NCBI RefSeq assembly: GCF_018350175.1
Contig: NC_058368.1
Coordinates: forward strand, 230,766,001-230,830,000
Origin: Felis catus
Taxonomy: Eukaryota
Length of the DNA: 64,000 bases
Reading direction: 5' to 3'
The position numbers and the translations under genes are program-made. Positions 1 to 12,154 of this stretch are shown here, one piece after another (the first letter of the stretch is position 1; every line of letters begins with the position of its first letter). The notes beneath the pieces are model-generated. The model made no database searches. It was not told the DNA's origin and was given only the letters and a program-made list of their open reading frames with translations.

Positions 1-195
1 TGCAGACTTGGGCTCCTGTCCTGGCCCCTTCCCTTCCTGGCCACGCAAGCTACTTATCTTCTTCAAGTCTCAGTTTTGCCAATCAGTTAATGGGAATAAT
101 ACTTATTTTATGAGATTACTGTAAAGATTAAGATGAGAAATCAGTTGCAAAGTGTGGGGCCGAGTGCCCGTCACACGGTGGACATCCGAGTCATT
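1..195 (+). mobile_element. MIR fragment
   Basis: Degenerate MIR core (tctcagttttgcc..atgggaataatact..gtaaagattaagatgaga). Confidence 0.6.
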
Positions 196-955
196 CATTC
201 CCTGCCCTTCCTCCCCTTACCCCCGTTCTTCCTCTTGGGAGAAGCCATACTGTTAGTCAGCACAGGTCACTGCCTTCCTCCCCGTGTCTCGTCTGAGACA
301 GGTCCTTCCTTCCTATCTCCACATTTCTTATGTAGCTAAGACCAGATCAACAGCACTTCCCGACACCCACATCCTAGAACTGTAACCCAAGAGTATGAGA
401 GCTAGAACCATCTGTAGCCCACAGCTTCCCACATACACTGACACGACTTCCCCATTCGACACTCTCATTAGGACCTTACATTTCCAGGGAATCCTTGCCC
501 GAGGAGACCAGTCTGTAAGTTACTTCCTTGTTTGTTTCAAGAACTTCATGAAAATCCACATGCCTGAACGAGAGAGGACACAACTAGCCCCCATCAGGGT
601 GGGAAGCCTTTTCTCGGAAACACGCATGACTGTTTTCGGGCTCCTGGAACATCTCCTTCCCCCACCCAGCCCGTTCCAAACTCCTGCTTCGCTCTGCCCA
701 CCGTGCCTGAACAATGATATGGAAACTTTTGCCAATCAGCATCTCCCTTCCTGGCGTTGAAAGACCTACCTGGAACTAACTGGAAAAACCTTAGAGACAC
801 CCTGCCCTTGGCCTCCCCCCTTCTCGAGACAGCTCCAGCCCTGTCGGTGCACTGGCTACAGGGCTCCAGTGACACATCGGGCTTTGCCTCCTCCCCGGGC
901 TGACGTGGGGCTGCCTTTGGGGAGCTGGCACCCTCTACCTGATTAGGATCGGCTG

Positions 956-1157
956 GGGGCGCCTGGGTGGCGCAGTCGGTTAAGCGTCCGACTTCAGCCA
1001 GGTCGCGATCTCGCGGTCCGTGAGTTCGAGCCCCGCGTCAGGCTCTGGGCTGATGGCTCAGAGCCTGAAGCCTGTTTCCGATTCTGTGTCTCCCTCTCTC
1101 TCTGCCCCTCCCCCGTTCATGCTCTGTCTCTCTCTGTCCCAAAAATAAATAAACGTT
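956..1157 (+). mobile_element. Young feline CanSINE lacking poly(A) tail
   Basis: Head ggggcgcctgggtggcgcagtcggttaagcgtccgac, (CT)n region, aataaataaacgtt; TSD gattaggatcggctg at 941-955 and 1158-1172. Confidence 0.95.
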
Positions 1158-2140
1158 GATTAGGATCGGCTGATCAACCTGGCCTTCTCCAGCCCCAAGG
1201 GAAGTTATTGAGGGACTCTGCCCCGTCCGGCCTTTCCTCCTCAGCGGGGTTGGTTATCAGAGGCCTCCCATGCTTGGTTTGTAACCAAAGACCACAAGTA
1301 ACCAGATTTGTCTCAAAATCACCCCTCGCACATTCTGTTAGCACCTCTGCACTGCTTGGGGGAGCTCGTTTTGGGGACACATGGCATCCGTTGCCTGGGC
1401 TGGGACTTGGCCTCTGAGCCAGGCCCAGGAGGGAGCCCCAGGCTCGGGACATAGTACCTCCCCTTTTCCAGCTTTTAGGGGAAGGCAGCGTCCTCTGAGG
1501 TCCCAGCTTTCCTGTTCACGTACCCAGGTACCCATTCCACTTCCAGGTGAACCTGCCCTGAGCAGTCCCCCAGAGTGACACGCCCATCTGGACAGACGGG
1601 AGAGCCACGCACAGCCTGTGATGTCCCTCCGCTCAGAGAACACCGGGAGACTTGAAGTTCAGACCGTTGAGTCCTGAGGGATTTGTGATCAGACCTGCCT
1701 CATGCCCTTGTCACTTAACTCCACTGGTTTCTGTCTGCGACCTAAGAGAGATCCAGGAGGCAATGAGAGTGCCCTGGAACGTTCCCAGAGCCAACAACAA
1801 GCCCGCCATCGGCAGCAGGTGGGTGACGACAAATGATCCCAGGTGCTCCCCAAAACCAGGCTGGGGGTTTTACTCTACACTGCATGCTTGTTAGAAATCA
1901 CCAAATAAGAGGAGACTGGGGTGGCGCTATTTATTTTCTCAACTTTTCACGTCTCAGAAAATGTTTTTCCAAAGGGAAACCTGACTACGGGTAGATCGCC
2001 TCTTCCATTCTGGCAGAAACCTCGCGGAGTCTAAGCGGGGAACAACCGTCAAGACCTGGGGACGCAAATCCAAACACATCTGCCAGGAGCAAGTGACACG
2101 GGTCCCCGACAACTGGAATGTCTTTCCGTACTTGTCTCAC

Positions 2141-2398
2141 TTGGCCTGCACTCGGCAGCTTTCCCTGCCTGCGCCTTTAATCAGGACGTGAGGCCCACTG
2201 CGCGTCCCAGGATCCTGTTGAATGGCTTTTTCCAGGTCGGCCCAGCCAGCAGGTGCGCGGGTTTGTCTCTGCAGAAGGGGCGGCTTCGAGCGGCCCAGAG
2301 ATGGTGGTGTCAGCCCGGCCCTCATGTCCTGACAGCTTCCCCGGTTGTGGGCTGGCTCTTGGGTGGAAGGAGAATGTCAGCATTGCTGCCGTTTTCAG
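2141..2398 (-). other. Candidate spliced exon (258 nt)
   Basis: Minus-strand acceptor ctcctttttctgttttag|CTG and donor CCAA|gtgaga; CpG-rich unique sequence; no product recognised. Confidence 0.35.
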
Positions 2399-2419
2399 CT
2401 AAAACAGAAAAAGGAGTCC

Positions 2420-2562
2420 TTTTTTTTTTTATATGAAATTTATTGTCAAATTGGTTTCCATACAACACCCAGTGCTCATCCCAAAAGATGCCCTCTTCAA
2501 TACCCATCACCCACCCTCCCCGCCCTCCCACCCCCCATCAACCCTCAGTGTGTTCTCAGTTT
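2420..2562 (-). mobile_element. 5'-truncated feline L1 3' end
   Basis: Poly(T) followed by atatgaaatttattgtcaaattggtttccatacaacacccagtgctcatccc, the reverse complement of the cat L1 3'UTR terminus. Confidence 0.85.
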
Positions 2563-2754
2563 AAAAAAAAAAAAAGAGGTTAGAGTGGGAGAGAGCCAAA
2601 GAAAAAGGAGTTCTGAGTCAGAACCGAGTCATTCTCTCACTCTGGCCCATGCGTGCAAGAGCTGGTGTCTTTCTGATTCAAGCATTCGGAGCCACGAGGC
2701 GAGGGTCTGGGGCAGTTCTCAGTCAGCTGACATCAACATTAGAAGCACAGGACA

Positions 2755-2964
2755 GGGGCGCCTGGGTGGCTCAGTCGGTTGAGCGTCCGACTTCGGCTCA
2801 GGTCATGATCTCACAGCTCGTGGGTTCGAGCCCCGTGTCGGGCTCTGTGCTGACAGCTCGGACCCCGGAGTCTGCTTCGGATTCTGTGTCTCCCTCTCTC
2901 TCTTCCCGTAACCTACTCTCATTCTGTCTCTGTCTCTCTCAAAAATAAATAAACATTAAAAAAA
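2755..2964 (+). mobile_element. CanSINE
   Basis: Full head, (CT)n and A tail; TSD agaagcacaggaca at 2741-2754, right copy 2965-2987 has three extra AGC. Confidence 0.95.
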
Positions 2965-3565
2965 AGAAGCAGCAGCAGCACAGGACAGCCAGGCGGCCCA
3001 CATGGGGGGCGATAGTTCCGAATCCCCTGAAAGCAGCAGCCCTCCGGCTTCTCCGCATCCCAAGGCAGGTGGCTTCGGGCGGCCCTGTGCTAGGCTGCCT
3101 CCGTGCCCACTCTCCCTTCCATCCGGGATCAAATATTCATTGGGCGATGCTCTGAGTAAGAGAGGGGCTTTGACCTCCCACAGATCTGGGCTTCCAGCGT
3201 GAGAGACAAGTGAAACACGTTTGAAATGTTTAGTAACGATACCAAAGGCCAAAACAAGGGATTCAGAAATAATAGCTGCTGTAGAGTTCAGAGGAGAGAA
3301 AGATCAATAAGGGCCAGCATGATTAGGAGAGGCTTTCTAGAAGGTATCAGAACTGGGGGATAAGCTTCGTGTAGACCCAATGTGGGGGGTGGGGCGGGCA
3401 TCTGCAGTGAAAATGAACATTCAGGGCTTTGAAGGTGGCTTGGAGAGACACGGATCAGGGGTTCTCTTGAGGCAGGGAGGAATGTGCTGGGCCGTAGCAG
3501 CACGAGGAATGCTCTGGAAATAGGCCAACAGCCTCTGAAGGAACCCCCTTATTGAAATAGCCCAC

Positions 3566-3615
3566 CCCTCATCTCTTTCCAAAAGCACATCCCTCATCTC
3601 TCTCCAAAAGCACAT
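3566..3615. repeat. 25-bp tandem duplication
   Basis: ccctcatctcYtccaaaagcacat-type unit x2 (3566-3590, 3591-3615), one mismatch. Confidence 0.9.
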
Positions 3616-3789
3616 CCTACCCCAAAGCTGTCACCGGCTCATTCCCTCCTAAGACCTGGAAAGGGGATAGGGAATTACTCCCTCGGCATGTTCCGCCCAA
3701 AACAGAGTTATCCTAATGGTACAGATTTGCTCCAAGGCACTTCCATGTAAAAAAGGTCACAAGTCTTTATTTTTGCTAAATCAAATTAC

Positions 3790-5510
3790 ATAGAGTGAAA
3801 CGGCATCGAGGGCACAGAACAGACACACAGATAAGCTTGCCCTTATTTACAACAGGTGACACTACAGAGCAGTGCAGAAGAGACGATCCTTTTCATAAAC
3901 AGTGCTGGGTCAGTTGAATAGTCATATTTTCAAAAAATGAGTCTTATCCCCTCACATCATACACAAAATCAATTCCCGGTGGCTATATGCCTAGACGATC
4001 ACATAAGAGAACATGCACCTGAATTTGGAATGGGCAAAGATTTCATAAAATAGCACAAGAGCACACTGACCTCAAGGAAAAATTTGATTAAACTGGAATA
4101 GATTAAAATTAATAATGTGTGTTCATTAAAAACCGCCATTAAGAAAGTGAATAGGAGCCCAAAGAGAGGGAGATAATATTTTCAACTCATATACCTGATA
4201 AAGAAGTTCTTTCCAGCACGCTTAAAGTACTCTGAAAATAAATAAGAACAAGACAGGCAAAACCAACAGAACTACAAGAAAAATATGTGACAAGGCAACC
4301 CATTCATTCAGAGAATAACCAAATGGCCAATAAACATATGAAGGGTCCCTCAAACTCATTAGTGATCAGGAAAATGCTCATTGAAAGTACAATGAAATCC
4401 TTTTACACATGGCTAATATGGAAAGGACACAATGCCATGAGTTGGCAAGAACATAGAACAACTAAATTCTCACACAGTGCCGGTAGGTGAGTAAAGTTGT
4501 AAGCCACTTGGGAAAACTATTTGACAGAATCTACTGAAGTTGACCACACACAAACCCCACGACCCACCAAGTCCACTCCTTAGTGTTTACCCAAAAGAAG
4601 TGAAAACATGTTCACACAAAAATTTATACTCAAATATTTATAGCAGCCTCATTCATAGTAGCTAAAAACTAGAAACAAACAAATGTCTAGCAACAGGAAA
4701 AAAAAGGAGACAATTGTAGTATATTGATAACAATGGAATGCCACTCAGCTATAAACAAACTACTGATATTCATAGGGAAAGAAATACACATATGATGATG
4801 TCAATTACATTGTAATGGCAAGGAGAAGCCTGGAAATACTCTGAATGTTTATATCTTTAAAAAGGAAAGTTCAAACAAATTATGGTATATCCATTCAATG
4901 AAATACCACACAGTAGTTAAAAGAAAAGACATATAGGGGCGCCTGGGTGGCGCAGTCGGTTAAGCGTCCGACTTCAGCCAGGTCACGATCTCGCGGTCTG
5001 TGAGTTCGAGCCCCGCGTCGGGCTCTGGGCTGATGGCTCGGAGCCTGGAGCCTGTTTCCGATTCTGTGTCTCCCTCTCTCTCTGCCCCTCCCCCATTCAT
5101 GCTCTGTCTCTCTCTGTCCCAAAAATAAATAAACGTTGAATAAAAAAATTAAAAAAAAAAAAAGAAAAGACATATAATTGGATGTGTTGATAAGGAAAGA
5201 GTGTCAAAGTAAAGTAACTGGAAAGTTCAAGTATGTAAAAACATGTATAGCATTTTTCTTTGACATTAAAAATACACATCGTATATGTGGAAACGTTCTG
5301 GTAGGACACCCAAGAAATAGGTAACTATGGTTAGCTCTGGGGAAAGGTCTGGGGCTAGAGTACAGTAACCAACTGGCCACTGAGATCAACCTAGTCTGAA
5401 GTTAAAGGCCCACTCACTTTTCATTGCATACCTTTTGTATGGTGGATTTTTTTTTTTAACATGAGCATGTTATTTTCTTAGTTTACAAGACTCAAATAAA
5501 TAAAATGTAA
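3790..5510 (+). mobile_element. Ancient L1M ORF2 3' / 3'UTR relics (interrupted by a SINE)
   Basis: Degenerate L1 motifs: caaatggccaataaacatatgaag..tcattagtgatcaggaaaatgc, ccactccttagtgtttacccaaaagaagtgaaaacatgttcacacaaa. Confidence 0.75.
4936..5160 (+). mobile_element. Young feline CanSINE
   Basis: Near-consensus; TSD aaagaaaagacatata at 4920-4935 and 5161-5176. Confidence 0.95.
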
Positions 5511-5516
5511 AGTGCT

Positions 5517-5831
5517 CCTCACATGTAGAATTTAAGAAACAAAACGGATTAACATAGGGGAAGGGAAGGAAAAATAAAATAAGATAAAAACAGAAGAGGA
5601 GGCAAACCATAAGAGACTCTTAAATACAGAGAACAAACTGAGGGTTGCTGGAGGGGAGAAGGGAGGTGGATGCTGGATGGGCTAGATGGGTGATAACACT
5701 GTAACAACTTTGTAGGGTGACAAGCGGTAACCTATTGTGGTGACGATTTTGTAACGTATATAAGTACAGAATCTCTATGCTGTATACCTGAAACTACATT
5801 GTATTCAATTATAGTTCAATGAATAAAAAAA
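5517..5831 (+). mobile_element. Carnivore L1 3'UTR fragment(s)
   Basis: aagaaacaaaac..ataggggaagggaaggaaaaataaaataagataaaaacag..gcaaaccataagagactcttaaatacagagaacaaactgagggttgctggaggg, then an L1-type terminus. Confidence 0.8.
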
Positions 5832-6407
5832 CACGTAAGGTAAAATTTTCAAACGCTAGGAAGCACTCTTTCTAGACAAGACTACGTTGGCAAAGGCTTA
5901 TCATGTGAACAATCCAAGTATCTGATGTCAAGTGAGCTCGCAAGGCCAGGCTAGGTTGAGATCACACTGCCTGCTTTTCCTCGATGGGAATCTTATTTGC
6001 ATGGCCCATTACCTTCACCACCGACATTGGCTGGACTCTGGGTAGAGTTTTGGAATTCAAATCTTGAACTCTGCTGTTGAATGCAATTTCTCTGCTTGAG
6101 AAACAATCCGACACAGATTCAAAAATCAATACATTCACGCTATGACCCAGGATCAAACTCCAGCCAACGTCTGTAGATCTTTAATAAACGTGGGTCTAAA
6201 TGAGGCCATTTTTTCATATCAACTAAAATCACCTCTGTATTCAGACTGAGACCGTCTTGCTTTATTACCCTTTTCACTCTGAGTTAATGAAAAATAGGTG
6301 GCAAAGTTTTCAAATACGTGTGAATCAAGCTATTGTACATTCCTAAAATTACTTTTAATTTGATAGAATAAATCAATTTGAGGAGTGCTAAGAATTGTCC
6401 AGTTTCT

Positions 6408-6647
6408 TTTTTTTTTTATTTTTTTAATGTTTATTTACTTTTGAGATAGAGAGAGAGAGAGAGAGCACAAGCCAGGGAGGGGCAGAGAAAGAGGGAGACA
6501 CAAAATCCGAAGCAGGCTCCAGGCTCTGAGACGTCAGCACAGAGCCAACGCGGGGCTCAAACTCATGAACCGTGAGATCATGACCTGAGCCTAAGTCAAA
6601 CCAGAGCCCAAGTAGGATGTTCCACCGACTGAGCCACCCAAGCGCCC
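6408..6647 (-). mobile_element. CanSINE
   Basis: Reverse-complement SINE; TSD tgtccagtYtct at 6396-6407 and 6648-6659. Confidence 0.9.
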
Positions 6648-7397
6648 TGTCCAGTCTCTGATACTAGCCTTAATTGCTCATTTCCCCTAAATACAGTTAA
6701 TCCAGAGATGTGATACCTACACATTTACTGGAAACATCTGCTTATGTGCGATAAGGGGGCTGGGCGCGTACATGCTCTAGGATTTCCCTCCCGATTTAGT
6801 TTGTAGATTCTCCCTTTAAAGTACCATGTTTTAACCTCTCTTTTTAAAAGATTGAATCTAGAAAAGGGAGAGGCTTAAAAGGCCAGACTTTCCAGTGGCA
6901 AATTTTTACTGTTTTCTCTGATTCGTGTTTCAGCCCTCCCATCCCACCCCACCACCTGCTCTTTCTCTCATGGGCATGTTAGTATTTGAAAATGTTCTCC
7001 CTGAGGAATGAGGACAGGTGAGTTTGCAGGGCATTCCCTTCTGGAAAGGCTCTGATTTTTATAAGAGCGAAGGTATGTGTAAAGTGGGATTAAAGAGGGA
7101 GAGATTTGCGGAGAAATTCACTCCACCAATAATACCCTGTGGCACCCACCATGAGGATCAGAACGCGCGTGTGTCAATGGTGTTTGTGCAAGAGTTTTAA
7201 TTTCAATGCAGCTTCTGCACATGGAACAAAGCTCCTTCTTGAGTATCCTTTCATCTTCCCGGGTCTTTATCGTTCTCACCTCCAACTCAAGACATCAAGA
7301 CTCACCCTAGATCCCCACACAAGGGCACAAAACATAATCTGCATTTTCAGATGCCAATTTCTGACTGCAGACAAGACAGAAGGAGATCACACAAAGG

Positions 7398-7399
<2 letters not shown>

Positions 7400-7434
<35 letters not shown>
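7400..7434. repeat. (CA)17 microsatellite
   Basis: Read directly. Confidence 0.95.
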
Positions 7435-7436
<2 letters not shown>

Positions 7437-7989
7437 CACCACCACCAACAAAACTTGTATCCTGACCTCGGGCAGACTGTCTGCTTAACATGCTCTAATG
7501 GGTACTCGCTGACTCTGTAGTCGACAGGGAGGACTACTTTTAAAATAGTTCCCTAAACTAGAGGTTTATACAAAGAGGGAAGAGGAGGAGAAGGAACTGG
7601 ACTGGAAGACTGTGTTTAAGAAGAAAAGAGGAACATTGACTCCTACCTTGCGATGCAATTCAGTGGGCATTTCGAGGGGGAATCTCGTGTACACTGGGGA
7701 GATTTCCCCAACACCCCTGACCAGTAGACTCAGGACGCTTTTTGGCTAGAGGTTGTCGGAATAATCACCGCCCCCCCCCCCCCCAGCTGGCAATTCCCGT
7801 CAACCCCACCGCTCCGGCCACCTGCCACCCACATCCACATATGCTGATCTCTTCCTACAACAGACTCAGAGAAACCGTCCCAAAGCCCCTTTGAAACTAT
7901 ATTATATTAACCCTGTTTTCCCCAAAAGATTTCCTTTTCCTTTCCCATTTCAACGCAAACTTCTTTGTTTACACAAGTTTGTCTAACGA

Positions 7990-8197
7990 TGATGCCTATC
8001 ATTTATTAAGCTTAGTATGTGCTGTTTTCCGTGCTAGAACATTATCTCTTTCCTTTCCACCATCCACTGCGGGAGGCGTAATTACATCCCTTTTGCATCT
8101 GAGAAAGTGAGATGCATAGGCTTAGATTTACCCCAAGTCAGACCGTAAGTGAAGGGCCAGCATGTGCTTGCTGCTGAAAATCCGAGCCTTGAACACT
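7990..8197 (-). mobile_element. MIR fragment
   Basis: catttattaagcttagtatgtgc..cccttttgcatctgagaaagtgagatgc. Confidence 0.55.
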
Positions 8198-8353
8198 CTT
8201 GCCTCCCAGCAGATAAGCAGTGGCACAGAGCGGCTTTTATTGGAAGAGTTTACAGAGCTGTGGTTCCAACTGATTTTTAAAATTTTTACAAATTTACCGC
8301 TGAATTCACACTAAACTTCACACAGATTATAAAGCCAGATTCAAATCCAAGAT

Positions 8354-8507
8354 AGGAAGGAAGGAATGGAGGGAAACAGGGAGGGAGGGAAGAGAGACAG
8401 GGAGGAAGGAAGGAACGAAGGAGGGAGGGCGGGAGGGAGGAAGAGAAACATAGGGAGGGAGGGAAGAAGGACGGAAGGAAGGAAAGAAGGAAGGAGGGAG
8501 GGAGAGA
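8354..8507. repeat. GA-rich (GGAA/GGGA) polypurine tract
   Basis: Read directly. Confidence 0.9.
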
Positions 8508-8530
8508 TAGGTTTGAGAAATTGTTCTTTT

Positions 8531-8745
8531 ATTTTTTTTTTCAACGTTTATTTATTTTTGGGACAGAAAGAGACAGAGCATGAACGGGGGAGGGGCAGAG
8601 AGAGAGGGAGACACAGAATCGGAAACAGGCTCCAGGCTCCGAAGCCATCAGTCCAGAGCCTGACACGGGGCTCGAACTCACGGACCGCGAGATCGTGACC
8701 TGGCTGAAGTCGGACGCCTAACCGACTGCGCCACCCAGGCGCCCC
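8531..8745 (-). mobile_element. Young feline CanSINE
   Basis: TSD gagaaattgttctttt at 8515-8530 and 8747-8762. Confidence 0.95.
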
Positions 8746-11579
8746 AGAGAAATTGTTCTTTTAAACCCAAGGAAATTCTATCAATGGCCTGAATTTTACC
8801 CACCTTCCCCAATAATGGATCACTAATTTGATGGTTATTTCTCCAAATACACAGAATAAAAGGAAAATCATCCTGTTGTACTTTTCCCATTGGCTTCACA
8901 TCTCTGAAGCAGAGGCTGTCAAATTGGCACAGGGTCTATTTTTTACGGCTGATTGAGCCTGGGGCAAATGGACTACAGTGAAAGAGAGCATTAAATCAAG
9001 CCAATGGCCAGCCTCCAGCCACATTTGATAGCAGCCAAGATGTCACCTAAGTGGCAAAAGACTCCAGAATGAGTAGAGGAGCACTATCTGATTCTGGCCC
9101 CTGATCTCCACGGGCCAGAGCCAAGAAGATAAAATAACTATCTAAGATGAAAAGTTCCTGATTTACTGCCTTTTTTTTTTTTTTTCATATTCACAGAATG
9201 GAAAAAAAAAAACTGCCTTGGAGAAATTGTTTTTCATTGGCGTTAGAAGGTGGGTATGTAACATATAACTCGGCAGCAGTAAGCAAAGTACTAAGATAGG
9301 AGCCCCAGAAAAGCTCCAGTCGGCCAAGCAAAAGCTATGAATCAAAGCCAGCAAAGGGGAGATTTGTCATGTAGATTTCAGCAATCTGTTTCTATTTGCC
9401 CCGCCCACTCCCTGCTCACTCCAGCCTCAGGGAATGTCATTAAGGGTGCTGACAGGCCGGAGGAGGAGGAAGGGAGCTGAAGAAGCATTCTCAAGGCCTG
9501 TATTGAAAGATAGTTACAAATTGAGAACTATAACGTAATTGTTAACATAGTAAAACACTTTCTGGTTTACAGAGTGTTTTCTCATGCAGTATAAATTCAT
9601 TTGATCTAGTATTTATGATTTCCGGAACATGCAGCTGCTGCAGCCGTCCCCAGAGTTCCTGCTCTGATATATAAGGCAGGGTTCTCCCAGGACTGCCTGA
9701 GCCAAGGATTCAGGCGCGAGTGATTCACTGAGGACGCTGGCAGAAACCCACAACCTCGTAGGTGGAACCAACCCGGGCGGAGACGCCAAACAAAAGACGT
9801 AATTGCAGCCGAAGTCCCCAGTTCAGCCTGATTCCAGGGAGTCTTTGAAGTGCACATTGTGCCTCAGGAATTGTCCCACCTTTCAGCAAAGCAGACTGGC
9901 TTTTGTACACAGGGGCCCTCTTGGGGCATGGGGGGAGGGTACTGCTTAGGCATCCAGGTACTTCTATCTTTGTTCATGGAGGAGGAAGGACAAGTGTCAG
10001 GAGTAGGGCCAAGGGTGATCATCTTAAGGTCTCAGATAAGCCTTAGCTATGAAGTGCAAGGTTGCAGACATTGAGCTCATATTCCTGGAAAGGGGTCCTC
10101 CCTACTGAAGAACTCCCACCCATCCTTTCAAACCCTGTTCAGGTTCTGGTGACACATTCTCTGATAATTGGTAACCCAAGTGGGGGACCTTTTCTTTTAC
10201 ACTTTTCCTTCACCTGGAATATCTTCCAGAGTGCCATTTCTCATTACAATTTAATGAGTCTTTCCCCAAAAGCCAACAGGAATCCCTCTTAGTAAATTTG
10301 ATCCCAGAGAGCAGATACTAATGAATCTCTCCAAGACCCTAATTATCCCCAGGGAGGCAATGAGGAAAAGCTAACCCACTAGCTGTGATTTATTAATGTA
10401 GCGCTAAATGACTCCAGCTATAGGAAGTTTGTTTGCCAAGACATTCTATGAAGATACAGAAGGAAACCATATAAGCAAGTTCCTAAGAAAACTTGATTTC
10501 AGATAGCAAAAAGCATTCAGAGAACAACACATTGTGTTTCAAGAATCTCATAGAGTTTCTCAAAAACCTGAGATGTTCTTACTTTCATGGACAATTATGT
10601 AGTGATCATATCCATTAAGGCGCCACTCTAGGAATATTGGGGTTTTCTAAAGAACATAAAATACCAAAAATTGAAGCAATGCCATGGTCAAGATTTTCTC
10701 ACGTTGACTCCATATTTACGCGTACAGTCCACAGATGTTCAAACTAGAAACACATTTAGCAAATAATTCGGGTATTTGAAGAAATTCTCTTCTCAGTTTC
10801 ATCAGGCAAGCTCGTGGATATGTTTTACAAGGCACGTAGGAAAAAAAAAGATCAATTCTACTGCTGAGAGAGAATCTGGGTCAATTTTATAGATTCACAC
10901 CCACATGAAATCCACATAAGTACAAAATTTGGGAGACATTGGTTAAAGGAAAAATCATACCAAGTATCAAAATCAGTTAAATTGCTATATGTTTACAGTT
11001 CCATAAATGGCAAATATCCTAGGTCCTTACCCCGATCAATTTCTTGGGCATCTTACAAAAGCTTGCGTGAGATTCTAGTAGTACTTTAAAAAATCTTACA
11101 CAGCCGTGTTCTTAAGAAAAGGGAGCCAAGACTGGCAGGCAAAATTTCCATTTTTGCTCATCAAGATTTCAATCAATTTTACTTGAGCAAGCTGTTTCAC
11201 CCAATTCGCACTGATTAACCTTAGCCCGGTCACTGCAAACTTTGTGGTTCTGGGATACAGGTTTTAATTGTCTTCATAATATACTTGGAAGGTCACTGGG
11301 GAAATTAAACACAAAAGGTTTTCTGCACAATGCTGATGAAATATGGAATTTGGGCAGGAATCTCCATCTCAAACTGACCTTTTTTTGTGCCTTCTCTTTG
11401 CTTGTAGAGTGTATTTCTCCTTTTTTTCTTTTTTCTTTTCTTCTCTTTTTTGGTCAATATGTATGTGGATGTCATCTATATCCTTACCTCTCTCTAAGTA
11501 CTGCTTTTCCCTCGAGCCCTAATATGAAAACAAAATTTCAGTTAAAACTCTGATACTTTTATCCCCCTTCAGTGTGTCA

Positions 11580-11760
11580 CAAGGCTGGGACTCAGGTGCG
11601 AAATTTACAGGGGTACCAAAAAAGTCAGTCATGAAGATAAATCGTATCTTAATGCAATCTTTTTAAAAATAAAAATGAATATTAAAAAAGAGTTCGTGAT
11701 GAATAAAATATTACAATTTTAACAACTCAGCCATCTTACTCTACCCTAGTCCCCACCCTG
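11580..11760 (+). mobile_element. MER96B-like hAT relic (internally deleted)
   Basis: ggtgcgaaatttacaggggtaccaaaaaagtcagtcatgaagataaat..aatgcaat; ends caaggctgggact / agtccccaccctg form imperfect TIRs. Confidence 0.6.
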
Positions 11761-11789
11761 AGAGGGACTCTGGTGATCATAAGTGTGGT

Positions 11790-12154
11790 CATTAGTGCTC
11801 CGGGAACATGGTGGAATTGTCCTTCCCGAGTCCCTTGTGGACATGGGTAGGGCCATGTGACAACTTCCCATCAACAGGTTCTGAGCAAAGCGACGATTGC
11901 TAGTTTTAGGCAGAAGCATGTGATTGCCCGTCCAAGCCCCTCGTGAGTGTTCTTTTCTCTCACTCACAACCACTGGCAACTTTCCAGACCAGCAACGCTA
12001 TACTGACCAGGTCCCTGAATGACTATGTTGACCAGAGTGGTTCCCCAAACCCACAACGGATACACAGCATGAGTGAGGAGTAAACATTTGTGATCTCAAG
12101 ACTCTGAAGAGTGTTTGTTATAGCAGCTAAACAGAGCCTCTCCTAACTGACACA
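11790..12154 (+). mobile_element. MaLR LTR (old MLT1 type)
   Basis: ggccatgtgac..; 3' end gtgtttgttatagcagc..cctaactgacaca. Confidence 0.7.

Noticed and set aside
956..1040. tRNA gene (A/B boxes, gttcgagcccc)
   Set aside because: tRNA-derived SINE head followed by (CT)n; not a tRNA gene.
4895..5173. Recurrent ORFs reading FNVYLFLGQRETEHERGRGRERGRHRIG or GAWVAQSVERPTSAQVMIS (also near 8.4, 26.9, 28.2, 40.3, 48.0 and 57.4-58.0 kb)
   Set aside because: Translations of CanSINE sequence, not a gene family.
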